The notes under the pieces: generated by a model
Databases searched by the model: none
What the model was told of the DNA's origin: nothing
What the model saw: the letters and a program-made list of their open reading frames with translations, nothing else
Translations under genes and position numbers: made by a program
Part shown: positions 1-30,469 of the stretch, piece after piece
Numbering within the stretch: position 1 is the stretch's first letter
Layout of the letters: every line of letters begins with the position of its first letter
NCBI GenBank assembly: GCA_965649765.1
Contig: OZ287748.1
Span: 83,018,001 to 83,082,000, forward strand
Origin: Bispira polyomma
Lineage: Eukaryota
Direction: 5' to 3'
Length of the DNA stretch: 64,000 nucleotides

Positions 1-725
1 GATTTGGTGCTTCCGGTAATGGCGTTTTGAATAGGGTAGTTTCTAAAACTCCTTAGAAATTCGTTCAACATTCTGTTAGGGCCTGGATGATACGAATTGC
101 CCAACTTATTTTAATTCACAGTTTAAGTATCTAAACTTTATTTTATATTATATTTATGTAACTTAATGGTCAATAAGGCTTCGCAATCAACTTGTTTTTG
201 TCCAATTATACCACTAAGCCACAGCTTATTTTTGGAGAGAATTTTTTTTCTTTTTTAAGCTACAGCTGATTTGTTAGATGTTTGGTATAATTTCATGGGT
301 AACATTTGTTTGTTTGGTGTTAAATTATATATTTGGATGTAGAAATATCAAATTTGTAGTGTTTGACTTAAATTTTTAAATCTCGTGGCTGACATCGGTT
401 TGTTTTGTGTTAATTTATATATTTGAATGTAGAAGTATCAATATTAAATTTGTAGTGTTTGACTTGAATTTTCATGTTCTATGTTTTTATATTCTGTTGT
501 TTGATCAGTGTAGAAATACAATAGTATGTATTTATTATATTCAAATTACTGTATTTGTCACTATAATGATAAATATCTATCGGATGCATGGAAGCTACTC
601 CGGGACCCCACTTTTTATGATGGGTGGGGTCCCAAAAACCCCACTTTAAAAAATACTAGCGCCAACCCTGCTTGTGTGACATTTTACTGATACAACCAGT
701 ACTTAAATCTCCACAGTATACATAC

Positions 726-1588
726 ATAATCTGCTAGAGCTTTCATCCCACTGGGGAAACTGTCTGGATTTGGCTGCAGTTTACCATTGGAATCTCTTTC
801 CTTGGCTAACCAGCAATCATCAATGTTAACATATTCATAGCCAGCATCTTTATACCCCTCTTTCACCATTAAATCTGCCATGGCCATCATTAACTTTTCC
901 CTGGTAACGCAAAAGTAAAGGTGGTATTTCAATTATAAGCCAGTTATATTCACCATAATAGCTCACATTCAACACATCTCAATGAAATTAAGACAAACAC
1001 AGTAAATTTTAAAAAATTAATGTTAGATTTACTTTTAACTGACTATATCAATATTAGAGCAATACAATTGATTCAATTGTGAAAGGGTTACAACATAAAT
1101 ATCAGTAGCTGGTTGACCTCAAGGTGAACTCAGATTCCTACACAAATCGGGGGGTCGGCATATTAAAATATCTCAAATGCAACTACAACATGGGATTTCA
1201 ATATAATAGAACTTCTACACAAATTGGAGGTCTACATATTAAAGGATCTCAATACAACATGGCATTTAAATATACTAAAACTTCAACCAAGACCCTCACT
1301 TGAACTGTGCATGAGTTTGAGATTGGATCTTTGAACTAAACCAATGCATACATATATGTATCATAATGAAAGCCTTTTAATTTTATAAATGTGTAAGACA
1401 ACTTATAAATATAATAATATCAATTACCCAATGCAATTTTCAGGATCATTTTTGCAATCAGTATTACATCGGAACCTTTCCCACGTCAACCAGCCCATAG
1501 GAGGGGTGCGTGCCAAACCATTGTCCAAACATTTGACCAGTCCAAATAATAGTATAAAACACCAAAGGAGAGACTTTATATCTGTCAT
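726..1588 (-). CDS. NAGA: GH27 alpha-N-acetylgalactosaminidase / alpha-galactosidase A-like lysosomal glycosidase, first two coding exons (gene continues off the left edge)
   Basis: Exon 1588-1428 (ag|ATG...GG|gtaatt) encodes [54 protein letters not shown], a signal peptide plus the GH27 N-terminal signature. Exon 900-726 (cag|G...TAT|gtatgt) encodes [58 protein letters not shown]. Phases match (2+1). NAGA and GLA cannot be separated from these two exons. Confidence 0.9.
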
Positions 1589-1757
1589 CTACAAATAAAT
1601 TATAACATAAAGGTACAATACACAAATAAATAAACCATTGTCCAAACATTTGACCAGTCCAAATAATAGTATAAAACACCAAAGGAAAGACTTTATACCT
1701 GTCATCTACAATTACAAATAAATTACAACATAAAGGTACAATACACAAATAAATAAA
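1515..1757. repeat. Tandem duplication (period 117 bp) of the GH27 splice acceptor and signal-peptide coding start
   Basis: aaaccattgtccaaacatttgaccagtcc... occurs at 1515 and 1632; the ATGs are at 1588 and 1705 on the minus strand. Confidence 0.95.
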
Positions 1758-2317
1758 CTCTCAATAAATACAAAAACTAAGCCAAGGCTTTTTATGACTG
1801 ATAACAATAAAAACTAATTTAACTTGAATTTAATTCAGCCAATTTTAGGGCTTATGTGGGCGGAGTACTGGTACTCTGTCACAAATGTACAGTTTTATTT
1901 TACTGCTATATTTTATGCAAAATATACAGACATTGATCTGTAATAAACCAAAATCAGGCTTTCCAACTTAGTTTGACATTTCTTGTTAAAATAAACTTAT
2001 AAAGAAGAAGTTATCCTCAAAACATTCCTATAGATATCAAGACTGCCCTACAAGAGCGCTATATGCAATGCGGTTAAAAAACTGAAATTGACTGAAAACT
2101 GCACATTCTTTTGCGAGATTGCTTTACATGTACATGCATATTTGGTGTAATTCAGACATGCACACAGAAAATGATGATTTTGGCTTATTCTGTGTAGCTA
2201 CAATAAGCCATTACTCCTCTCTGTGACTGCCACAAAATAGTTTTAGGGATTACTTAATTGGGATGTAATTTTTTCTTTGAGGAACTAATTATTTGTGACT
2301 TTATTTCCTTATTTTCA

Positions 2318-3501
2318 GGGACCAGGAACTTTGCCCACAGGAACTTTGAACACAAGGGACTTTTCCTACAGGAACTTTGCCCACAACCATTTTTACAGGG
2401 TAAAACTTCCGCCCACAATATAAATTTTGCCCATCACAAAGACATTTTCTTTTTTATTCCAATTAATATTCACCTTAGATAACTGCTCAGGACATAATAG
2501 TTTCAAAAGAGATCAAACATTAATTGGCCTTCACCAAAAGCTTCCCTGCTTCTTTAGATGTATTTTTCTTATTACAATTAATACTTCTAACTTGCACTAT
2601 ATAAGGTAGATCTCATTAGCATTTAATTCAGTGTTTATAGATTTACATAGTATTGCAAAATGGAAATTATAAAAAAACACCAGAGGTGGTCAAAAACTGT
2701 GCTATGATGGACACATGTATACTAAAAAGGTTTCAAGCTCGTTCTACATTACTTGGGAATGTTCTCAAAGAAGAGGACGTACTTGTGAGGGTACATTAAC
2801 CACAGACATTTCTATTCAAAATGTGATAAGTAAAAGTGAAAATAGCCACAGTAGTGATGAAAACAAAATGCAAGCAGTTAAAGTCAAAATTACTATGAAG
2901 GATCATGCCACAGCTACCAGAGGTAAACCATCCCAGATTGTTGCCGACAATGTGGTTAATGTACCAGTGGAAGTCAGGGCTGCACTTGGAAATATGGAAT
3001 CTGTAAAACGAGTAATCCGCAAACAGAAGAGAGGTGCACTTCCTAAGGATCCATCATCTCTTCGTGAGCTTGAGCTTGAAGAAAAGACTTAATTTGAGGG
3101 GGTAGAACTTCTGATTCATAACAGTGGAAAATAAGCAAATAACAGGATGATGGTACACAAGTTGGACTACGTCACCTTGCTAGAAAACGCTAGAAGAATT
3201 TCTGAAGTCTGTTGGTGCCACAATCAGACCAAACTAAAAACATGATGTTATAATGTCAATGACTGTTTCTGAAGTCTTTACAAAGTGCTGTCGACTGTTT
3301 TGATATTGTAGGTATTATTTTCTGTTTACATTTTATTCAATAAATTGAATAAAATAATAATAACTTATTTTTATGGTAATTATTAAATATTTTATTATTA
3401 TTGTGGGCAAAGTTCCTCCCTTGTAAAAAATGTTGTGGGCAAAGTTCCTTGTGGGCAAAGGTCCTGTGGGCAAAGGTTCTGTGGGCAAAGTTTCGTACAC
3501 C
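2318..3501 (+). mobile_element. Internally deleted Mutator/MULE-like DNA transposon with a FLYWCH-domain remnant
   Basis: Long inverted termini are built of ~15-bp GGAACTTTGCCCACA repeats (2323-2420 vs 3402-3501). The frameshifted ORF from 2660/2715 reads RGGQKLCYDGHMYTKK...ITWECSQRR...C...H (FLYWCH type). The transposase core is missing and I see no clear TSD. Confidence 0.75.
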
Positions 3502-5865
3502 AATTAGTTGTGACTGTTTTTTTCTTTTTAGAATTACTTAATTGTATTTTTTTTCTTTAAGGGATTACTAACTTACTACTGATGTGTTTTAAATTGGTAT
3601 GTTATTAAATTATCAGTAAATATTTAAACCACAATATTCTTTTACTGTATGCACACCGCACACTGAGTTATATATACATATATATGTCCACCAATAAAGG
3701 TCCTCTAATGTAGATTAAAATGGTAAAAAGACAAAAGTCTACTGATACAGGTGAAATGTTGATCACAACTTTAAACTTGAAGTATGTATGTTAGGAAAAC
3801 AAAGGTTCTCTTACGTTAGTGGTTGGACATAAATATTGACCACAATACCTTAAACTGGAGGTATATTTGTTACTAAAACAAAGGTATCTTCTGGTTCCTC
3901 TAACCATATTGCTGATATGTAAACGGGGCATACGGCTTGGGTAAAACTTATGGTCACTCTACATATTAATGATACTTTTCTTCATTACAAAATGTGAAAT
4001 ATTTGTTTCCTTGTTAACTTTTTTAACATTGTAATTTTAATTGATCTACCTTTAAAAAACAGTTTTCATGTCCAGAGCATTATAAGATTTGTGATTGAAG
4101 AATAAGGGTGTCCATAATTTTTTCCAAAACCAGAAATGCTGAAAACTAGTGCATGCATCATATGTCGCAATGATGGATATGTATCGACAAGTGCAGTCCC
4201 CTGCCAATATCGATGTTGCTACCTTAAATGTGATATATATCGCCATAAACCATTATTTCTATAAAAATGTATAAATATATACCCCGGTACTTACCTTCCT
4301 TTTCAGCAATAAAGCATGGATAAATTTACTTTCTGTGTGTTTTTTTGTCTCTAAAATGTGAACTGGTGTACTTGATGGTACACCAGTTCTGTATACATGT
4401 GATCAAGCACAAATAAATTGGTGAAAAAGACTTGGAATGTTTGCTAATATGCAGAATAAGCCAGAAAAAAATGTATGTTTTCATATTTTTTATTAACAAC
4501 ATGTTTGATTATTTGTACTTTTAGGACATATATGTACAAATGGCATTTAGTGATATATATCTCGATATCGCCCACGAAACGTAATGACGATATCGATGCA
4601 TATTTTATGTGCCAATTCAGAAAATCCAGGACTACTGAAAACAGATATCAGTCAGAACGCCATCAAACTAAAACGACATCTTCATAACGCCACCTCCAAA
4701 ATACCACCAATATTGAAGCACATCTTAATAAACATTTACAAGCACTATTCATATATATTAAATTAAAAAGCGGACTCCAGCTTCTACATATTAATAGATC
4801 TATATGGTGCACCAGGGTTTTTTTGTTATTTATGTTAATACGTTTTTATGGTAGACGTAAATTAAGCAGGAATATATACGTTGTTTTTACATAAAACTTG
4901 TCTAAAAACCCCAACAACAACCATATATGTGTAGTGGTCATTTTAAATTACTTTTTTTTTTAGAAACTGACTAAAGCGGCTTTATTTTACTAATAAATGT
5001 ACACCCGTGGACATTAATTTATTATTTAGAACTACCAGTTATTTTGTATTTGTACTTCATAAAATAGGTTATATTACAGCACATTAATAAATAATAAAAA
5101 GGGTTAAAATTTTTGATGATTATTCTAGTAATAAAATAGTTTCTTCAAATTTTCAAAATCAAAGTGGACATTGATTGGAACACTTTCCTAAGTTTTTTAC
5201 TATGCTTCATAATAATAAATATATTTGCTAAGAATTATGAGAGTAAATCTAAAAAAAATAAGCCCCTAAAACAAATTGGCATCCATATTACTGTCATATT
5301 TCGGGTTAACACTGGATAAAATTGCTATAAAATATTTGTTATTTTTTAACATGGGCCGAGTTATTGAATATAATTATCAAGGCTTGTTTCAAAATATATG
5401 CCAGTGGAATTTTATTTTACTTTTGTTTTATTTAAGCTACAACTTTACAATTTACAGTATTATCATTCCAATCAATGTCCGTTCCAATCAATGTCCATAG
5501 GTGTATATGTGTATGATGTTCATTTGGATTTTCGGCGTACTTAATAAAAAATATGTTTATCGTAAAATACATACAATGTTAGTGTGGTACGCCGAAAACC
5601 TACCTCCCAAGATTTTACCTCTGCACGGAGCTATAGCTTTGAGTTTTAGTAAATACCACTATGACTTTATAAAAAAAAGGTGGCTTTTGGAATTTTGGGG
5701 GTGGCGTTCTGGTTTGGTGGAGTTTGGATGCCGGTGTGTTTGGATACGTGCCTTCGTTAACTTTCTTTTCATAACATGTCATGATGGATTGATATGGCGA
5801 CCACTCATTAACAATTCAACGTATTTGGTTATATGATGTTATGACTACCTAATGCTCAAACTTAC

Positions 5866-5934
5866 CTTTGAAGTTAAATATCTTCGTGTTTTTATGAAAA
5901 AAAGCTTTATCATGTGATTCGTTTGTCACGTGAT
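5866..5934 (-). promoter_or_regulatory. Probable promoter and non-coding first exon of the GH27 gene, with CLEAR/M-box motifs
   Basis: GTCACGTGAT at 5925-5934 and ATCATGTGAT at 5909-5918 lie in a locally CpG-rich patch. A consensus donor AAG|GTAAGT follows at 5866/5865, and the coding exon begins directly at an acceptor (ag|ATG), so an upstream exon is expected. Confidence 0.6.
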
Positions 5935-6249
5935 CCTTGTAGTTTCTAAAACTCGGGCGATACGAAAAATAAAAAATAAAACCGGAAAAATCGCATAACT
6001 CGTTTATATTCACAGCTAAATTACCAGACTGGTCACTATTCAATTACAGAACTGAAGGTACGTCATATTTTATTCAAAAGAATAACCTGTTATTGTAATC
6101 GATGTAGATTACACATTTACATTCTTAAGATCATCAAGTTAACACTTGGCACAATCAATTGCAATTGTCAAGTTCTTTCCTTCTTTTATATTCACTCTGA
6201 GAACTCCTCTTTACTTGTAATCCCACTTTTATAATTTACTTTAAACTCC

Positions 6250-6790
6250 TAAGTTTTTCAAACAATTAGCATAAGTCCCTTTAGGCGATTTTCCGTAGAT
6301 CACTCTATGAACTAAATACAATGACAGAGTCCCAGTAGTTAACATGATGTAGCATCTTCAAGACCAGTCCGATTTTTATAATTTCAACACTACTGTAAAC
6401 CTTTTGGTAAAAAGACTTCATATGTTTAGGGTTTAAGCAGTTATTTTTTGTCTGATTGTCATAATTTATTAAAATATAAGTCCCTTAGTGCTTTTAGACA
6501 ATTATTTTGTAGATCGCCTAATATACTTAATACAGTGACAGAGTCCTTGCAGTAAATATATACTGCAGAATCGATATTCTTTATCTGATTTTGTATAATT
6601 TAAAAACTACGAAAACTTTGTGGTGCACAGACTTTATATGTAATAGGGTTTAAAGAGTTAATTTAATATAAATAGCATAATTTATTAAAATATTTGTCCT
6701 TTACTGCTTCGAGGCGATTTTCCAAAGATTAAGTAATAGGTTATCCTTAAAATAGTGAAGAGTTCCTGCAGTGAATATACTGTAGAATCT
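6250..6790. repeat. Degenerate tandem repeat, ~205-215 bp unit, about 2.5 copies
   Basis: The motif ataagtccct...gattttc..tagat...gacagagtcc...agt.aa.ata.tgtag recurs near 6271, 6476 and 6690. Confidence 0.65.
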
Positions 6791-8899
6791 ATAATTTGTC
6801 TGTTTTTGTCTTGTCTTGAACATACCAACTAAAACTCACATATAAGGTTCATTGAGTAATATGATATTACAAGGACAATGACAAATTCTTTAAAAAGCTA
6901 ATTACTACCGCACAATTAGGAACCTACAGAATTGCATTTTTGCAGTAAACAACATTTCAAGGTATAATATAGAAATATATATTGAAGAACATATGTCAAA
7001 AACAAAAGACAAAATTGAATCCATGGAGGAAAAGCATAATTGAATTGATCAGTATTTATCTTATTCCTTAAGTATTGCAATGTATTAACTGTTATAATGT
7101 GATGTGACAGACTATTCTACAGGATCAAAAATAGGATTAACCATGTAGTGTCGAAGTGGACCTTAACTGGGCAGATGTAGTTTTTGGTTCATACTTGGAG
7201 ACCTGCACATATTGATTATTTGGATTTGCAAGTCTTTCTTCAGGCAATTGTAATGACACTACAGAAGCTAAAATACTTTGGCATGTCAGTGTTAAAAAAC
7301 TTATCAACAATAGCAGTTTTAAAAGTGCTGCAATGTCTAATGATAAAATCTTTGTAGATTTTGAAGAATTCTGGATTCAGCTTTAACTTGTTTGATGCCA
7401 TCTACTTTTTAGTTTCCTAAGCATCTGATTATATGGCCTAAAGTATTGTGTTTTTTTTTTTTGGAAATAGAGCGAAAAGGTTAAAAATCTGCTTAAAGGT
7501 AAAAATTTGGTTAGAAGATGATATATGATCTTTGTTGATAAAATAAAAAGAATGCAGTAAAAAAAACCTGGACACACTAAATTTCAGCATCTCAAGATGG
7601 GAGAGGATGTCACATAGCTTCTCTGATTAAAATCTGTTTGATAAGTATGAGATAAATAATTTTTTTTTTTCAATTTCACAGTATATAATGTATTATACAA
7701 AAACAAGTACTGAAATAGAAATATATCTATAAATGTTCGTACATGCAAAGACAAAGTGGAGACAAAAAATAAATACATAGTTAAACTACAGTACTATAAA
7801 AATTTTTTAAAGAAATACACTAAAATACATAACAATACTATCACATTTATGCGTCTTCTATATATTTAAGATAAATAATTCAATACAACTGAACTAGGAC
7901 ACAAATCAAGTAGGTAATATCCCAAGAAGTAGTTAATGTCAAATTGATGATCTATCTTCCTGTACTACTCACGAAGAAAGGCTAGTCTTGTCAAACAGAT
8001 CGATATTGTATATTGAGAGAACAACAAACAACATGTGCAAATATCATTTTAGCTCTTCTGATGGAAGCCCTGCATGTATGCTTATATTAAACACTGAAAA
8101 TCTTAAACATAGTATGCTTTAACACCATCTTTTACCCCATTTCAGTAGTACATTTTGTATGCTCCATAGTTGGTTAGTAGTTAATAAATTGGAATTAAAT
8201 ACAGACTAAGTTATCCTGTATCCCTTTGTTTAGTGTGGTACATGTCGAAGATGCTTATTCAAACAAAGCCCTGTAGCAGTTAATAGGCTCCAATTTAATT
8301 TTTAGGGAAATTTTAATGTCTCTTTGATTTTTACATTTGCAAATCCACAAAAAAGAATGATTATGTTAACTTCACTGACACTTTTATTTCTTCTTAACTT
8401 TAACTTTATGTAAGACATTGGGTGTACAAAATAGTGCAGAAATTCATGTTTTTAACAAAGCAAGGGCAAAAAATATATTAAAATATTTTGAATGAAAGAA
8501 GAAAAACTGTCTTTTATAATGCCACTTGGGCAACTAAAATAGCTGCTACATCTCAAAAGTTTATAGATATATAACATATGTACAAGCAAATCAGTTGTCA
8601 AAACATTGAAACAACACTATCAAATCATGTGTAAGTCCTGCTTCATATAACACAGATATAACACATTAAAGCAGCTCCATCCCTGCATTCTTTCCGGCGT
8701 AGTTTAAGCACCTATCTGTTCAATGAGACATTTCCTCCATAGTCACTTTCCTGTGCTTAGTGGACGTAATTATAACAGCTTTCTTCTGTCAATCATTAAT
8801 TAATTTTGGCTCTGGTTTGGAGTTTCTATATATTGTTATCCTGTAGTAGTATTATTATAACAGAAATTCAACAACACAGCAAGTCTCCAACAATGAACA

Positions 8900-9300
8900 T
8901 ACACATTTTCATTACAGAGACCCCTTTGGGGGTGAACATATGGAGACAATAGGAAAGTCTAAGAAGGATGGTTTGAAACTCCATCACACAAAATAATTTA
9001 CCTTCGAGGGATGTGTAGAAGTGTGTAAAACTAATATAATGTCACAAAATTAAGTTTAGAGGAGAGGTGTAAATAGTGAATGGCAGAGGTAAATCCAAAG
9101 CAGGACACACCCAGACTCAATAGGAACAGTTTATAGAATATTGAAACTCTTTGTTTTCGGTCAATGAGACAGCACTTAGTCCATTTAATTGCTGTGTCCC
9201 TGACGGAATACCAACCTTTCATACATTCTGAATAGTGTAATCAAGATCATCAACTCCCCATCAAAAGTAGAGACTTATTATACAAAACAATTATACAGGC
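8900..9300 (-). mobile_element. Highly decayed L2/CR1-type reverse transcriptase remnant
   Basis: ORF 9031-9222 (RDTAIKWTKCCLIDRKQRVSI...LSLGV) resembles the W..SYL.DR.QRV...GVPQGS segment of L2/CR1 RT. Confidence 0.45.
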
Positions 9301-10374
9301 TTATTAATCTTAAGTTAAGCATTGTACTTATGTTGAGTGGACTACAAGCAAGCTTATAATGGACTTTCCAAGCCATATTTTCATGGATAATATTGGCTGT
9401 TTGTGGATAATTTTAGTTAACTTAGGTTCCAATGTTGCTCAAGACCGTTGTAGTGTATCTCAATCATACGTTAGAGTGAAAAAGGGCACCCATGCATTTG
9501 ACAAAAAAGTGGATGGAGCAAATTGGTCAAAATATTAACTAGAATAAAACACAAGTTTATGGCATAGATTACCAAGAACTTGCAAGATAGTAAAAAGTCA
9601 AAATAACATTTTGTCCTCGCAACTAAATATATTTACAACACAAACCTCGTACTTCCTTCGAGAATAAGAACACAAAGGTTATTGATGTAAAGAACAGTTC
9701 ATGTTAGATATTCACACAAAATTAACTTTACAAATGCATTTGTGTAGTAGGCTTGACTGCTGCCATTCCCTGAAGTTTAGTCTTTTCAGCTAAGCCTTTC
9801 CAACATAGCCCTCCACTTCCCTTGGCTGAAAGCCAATCTTTTTGTTGATTATAAATTTTACCTAGGATTAGGATGTGGGGCGTTTTGATTCCTTTTACAG
9901 AGAAGATTTTTTGTCTAAATACCATATATTAGATAAGTAAAGTTCAGTTACATAATAATGATTGAGTGTCCACAGCAGTAAATATCGGTCAAAGACCAAC
10001 AACCAAAATAAATTTACAGTGAAACTGCCACAAAAGATGGCACATTGTTTGCTGTATGGTTTGTCTTCAAAGAAATTTTAGTGTTTTAGATGTTGTTTTG
10101 TACAGCTAGGATTTCTTACTTTTAGATGGGGTTTACTGTAGCTCTCGACACACTTGTGTAATATCACGATAGGCAGTTCACTGAAGGACAAAATCAGGAG
10201 ACAGGCTAGTTTGTAAAAGATTTTCTGCTTTGCAAACTACCAACCTGTGGCAAGTCTATTGCCAACTTTCCAACAAACACACCAGGGCCGAGATTTGAAT
10301 CCACAATGGCAGAAGTATGTATAACTTGGAAAGTAACAATATATTTTGAGGTGTAATAACATCATCAGTCCTCG

Positions 10375-11325
10375 GCATTTGTTTTGCCAGACTATACAAA
10401 CCTTGCCGACTTGGCTAACACCTTTGGTAATTTCTTTTTTGAAAAAATAGTCAAGATTAGGTCCACCTTACAGTCTTCATTATCAGCGACAATCACCAGA
10501 CCTCACCTCATAAACACACTGTCTACTTTAACCCCAGTATCTGAGCAGAACTTTCAAAATTGTGCAATACTCCCCCTCTAAATCATGTGACCTCGACCCC
10601 ATTCCGATCTCACTAGTCAAGGAGTGTATTGACATACTCAGAACTCCCATTACCAACATTGTCAATTACTCACTCATGTGACTTGCGACAAATTCGTAGA
10701 TTCCTTAGCGCTGATACTGCAGTTCTGGTGGCAAATGCTATGGTCAGTAGTCGCTTGGACTACTGCAACTCTTTACTATATGGAGTCAGTAAGGCTAATA
10801 TTGCAAAACTCCAGAGTCCAAAATACTCTGTCGCATTGTTTACAGGCTTGACAGATTCAGTCATGTCACCCCATACCTTCATAAATTCCACTGACTTCCC
10901 ATTGAACAGCGGATCCTTTTCAAGTACAACCTGCTAGTCTTCAAGGCTATTAACTATTCCCAACCTCCCTACTTATCTTCCTCAATCAAGTCCAGAAGCC
11001 TCACACATGGAAAAAAGACTATCTATTCCACTTCGCCTGAATGAAAAATTGGAAGGCGCAGCTTTGCTGTTGTGGCACCGGCAAAATGGAACAGGTTGCC
11101 ACAAAATGTCAGATCCAAGCAGACACTATTTGGTTTTTGAAGCCAGCTAAAGACTCGCCTGTCTAGACTGGCATATCCCCCACCTTAGTTACTTCCTGGA
11201 TGGCGCTCACTTGGTAACGACCTTCGTTTGATAATGGACAATGCCTTTTTGGAATTCAGCGCATTAGAGGATTTATATCAATTTTGCGCTATATAAATGC
11301 TTCTATTATTATTTTTTATTATTAT
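10375..11325 (+). mobile_element. L2-clade LINE 3' fragment, internally deleted
   Basis: Encodes LRQIRRFLSADTAVLVANAMVSSRLDYCNSLLYG; the 3' tail ...cagcgcattagagg...ttgcgctatataaat(tat)n is shared with the copy at 32975-34235. Confidence 0.85.
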
Positions 11326-12180
11326 AAGGCGAGAATAGTAATATTACATGATGATTCTTTCTCTTCATTTTAGTAAAAGTGTTATAAAAGGGTGACAAAA
11401 TCAATCCAAATAAACTGATACGACTATTTCTCAATAATTTATTTTCTACACCTCGTATGTTAGTTTATTGGAGGGAGAACACAGAAATGATTTATTTTTT
11501 TTCTGTAGTTAATACACTTTTAATGACTAAACCCTTTTAACATCTTCAAAAACATGAAAATGATAGGCCTAAATACATAAATCAAAGAAGTACCATTTAA
11601 TTTAACCACTTTTCTCAGTGTTACCATCAACTTTACACAAATCCATCTAGAGGTGAATAATATTTTAAGAAATAAATAACTGCCTACTTGAAGCAAACAG
11701 ATTAGATAACTCGCGTATATTTTATTTTAAATGTCATTATGATCTATTTTATGACACATTTACCTAGACACATATTTACTTATGAATTGAGGAGCAATTC
11801 ATTGTTAGTGGCTACTTATTCCCCCTACGAACAAAATGCAAAATTATTTGAAGTAATTGTAAAGTTCTCCATTTGTCAATTAAAAAATAGGGATCATAAG
11901 TTTCCATCTCAAAATGCAAACCTTTGTAAGCAATTATAAAAATAACTGTACTGTACATAGAAGTGACATTCACTAACAGGTAACAGCTGCTTTAAAGATA
12001 AAATTGGTTTTGATGCAGTAAAACAACCAATAGTTGTTTATGATGATACCCCAAAGTTTACACCATTAAAGTATAAATGTTAGCATACCTCTGACAAAAT
12101 AGTGTCAACTACATAACAATATGATGGGCTTACGCTTCTATTAACGTATCTGACATAAAAAATTTGAGAAGGGTGGTTGC

Positions 12181-12427
12181 TTGAATTTGAGTTGGGATAT
12201 TTAACGTCCACTCCAGTACCTGTTTAGGTTATAATGGGACGAGTAGTTGGAAACGCTGGAGGAAACACTGCATACAGTTGATCAAGGTTCTGCACTGAAA
12301 CCAGCGGCCCACAGTAAGGAACTACCACCTTTACCACATAGGCATTGACGGGAGTTGAATTTAAGCTGCCCAGAGGTGGGAGACCAGTGATTGTGAAGCG
12401 CAATGCATGCCAACCACTAGGCCACCG
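12181..12427 (-). mobile_element. tRNA-derived SINE, family A
   Basis: A-box TGGCCTAGTGG, degenerate B-box and (TTCAAA)-type tail; near-identical to 32573-32823. Confidence 0.85.
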
Positions 12428-13052
12428 AGTGATTGCTAAATTAAATAGAGCATACCTCTGTATATCCTCCATTATCTAAACTTCTTGACAAAACATAGAT
12501 AAGTTGTCAAATTTATCGTCCTACTTTATTCAAATAAAACCATAATCTAGTAAGATGAAGGTATTCAACATAACAGAATGTTCTCCGGCGTAAATTCCTC
12601 TTTACGTACATGGTTTGCTTTACTTTTTTTCACAGGCACTTTCAAAATACACAGAGTCCGCATGAGTTGTGAATGGGTACTATACAAGCAGTAAAACCTG
12701 CTGTAAGTAAAATTTGAACAGAACTGCAACCAAATTAGCAGGCCAGTTTTAAAATGGGCTTCAGTAGAATTTGGCTACAACTAAATTCAAGTAGTATTGA
12801 TTTTGACTAATATGCACATCACACAGTATAGCAACTGTAACCACAATGGGCATCAATACACATAGATCATTTTACATGTTGACATTAAAATAAACATTAA
12901 AATGAACAAATGTTATATCTATAAGTGAAGATTAAAATAAACAAATGTTCTTTCTAAAAGTGACATAATGCAAATTTCTAGAATATTCATAAATAGTTAA
13001 CCTAAACATCTACAGGAATATATTTTTAAGAGTCACATTTTCTTTTTGATTT

Positions 13053-30113
<17,061 letters not shown>

Positions 30114-30469
30114 TTTCGCTCAATTACCTCATGTTGAGTCGCGAAATTACACAAACCATAAATAAGATCATTTGTTTTAAGGTAGAACACAAATAGAGAC
30201 TCGTAACGCACCAATATGCCAAATTTCATTAATGATTTGTTTTATTGATTATAACTTTAGCAGTAAAGTAAAGCTACCCTTTACACATATACAATATAAG
30301 TTGTTTCAGAAGGCTTAATGCATCACAAAGTTAGGCTAGTCAATTAAGCCATTTATTGTACCCAGTTTACCTAGTCCTACAATAAGTCAGATGCTGGATC
30401 TTATTAGACATTCTTTAGTATGTAAAATAAACTGTGACTTATCACTAAGCTGGACTAAAAAAATAATGT

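Noticed and set aside
4285-4330. Perfect minus-strand donor AAG|GTAAGT as another GH27 5' exon
   Set aside because: I found no convincing acceptor or promoter, and it lies in what looks like a decayed repeat. It remains possible but unsupported.
5866-5913. In-frame ATG giving a 16-aa N-terminal extension of the GH27 protein
   Set aside because: The ATG is inside the M-box, probably upstream of the transcription start, and the downstream ATG already gives a complete signal peptide.
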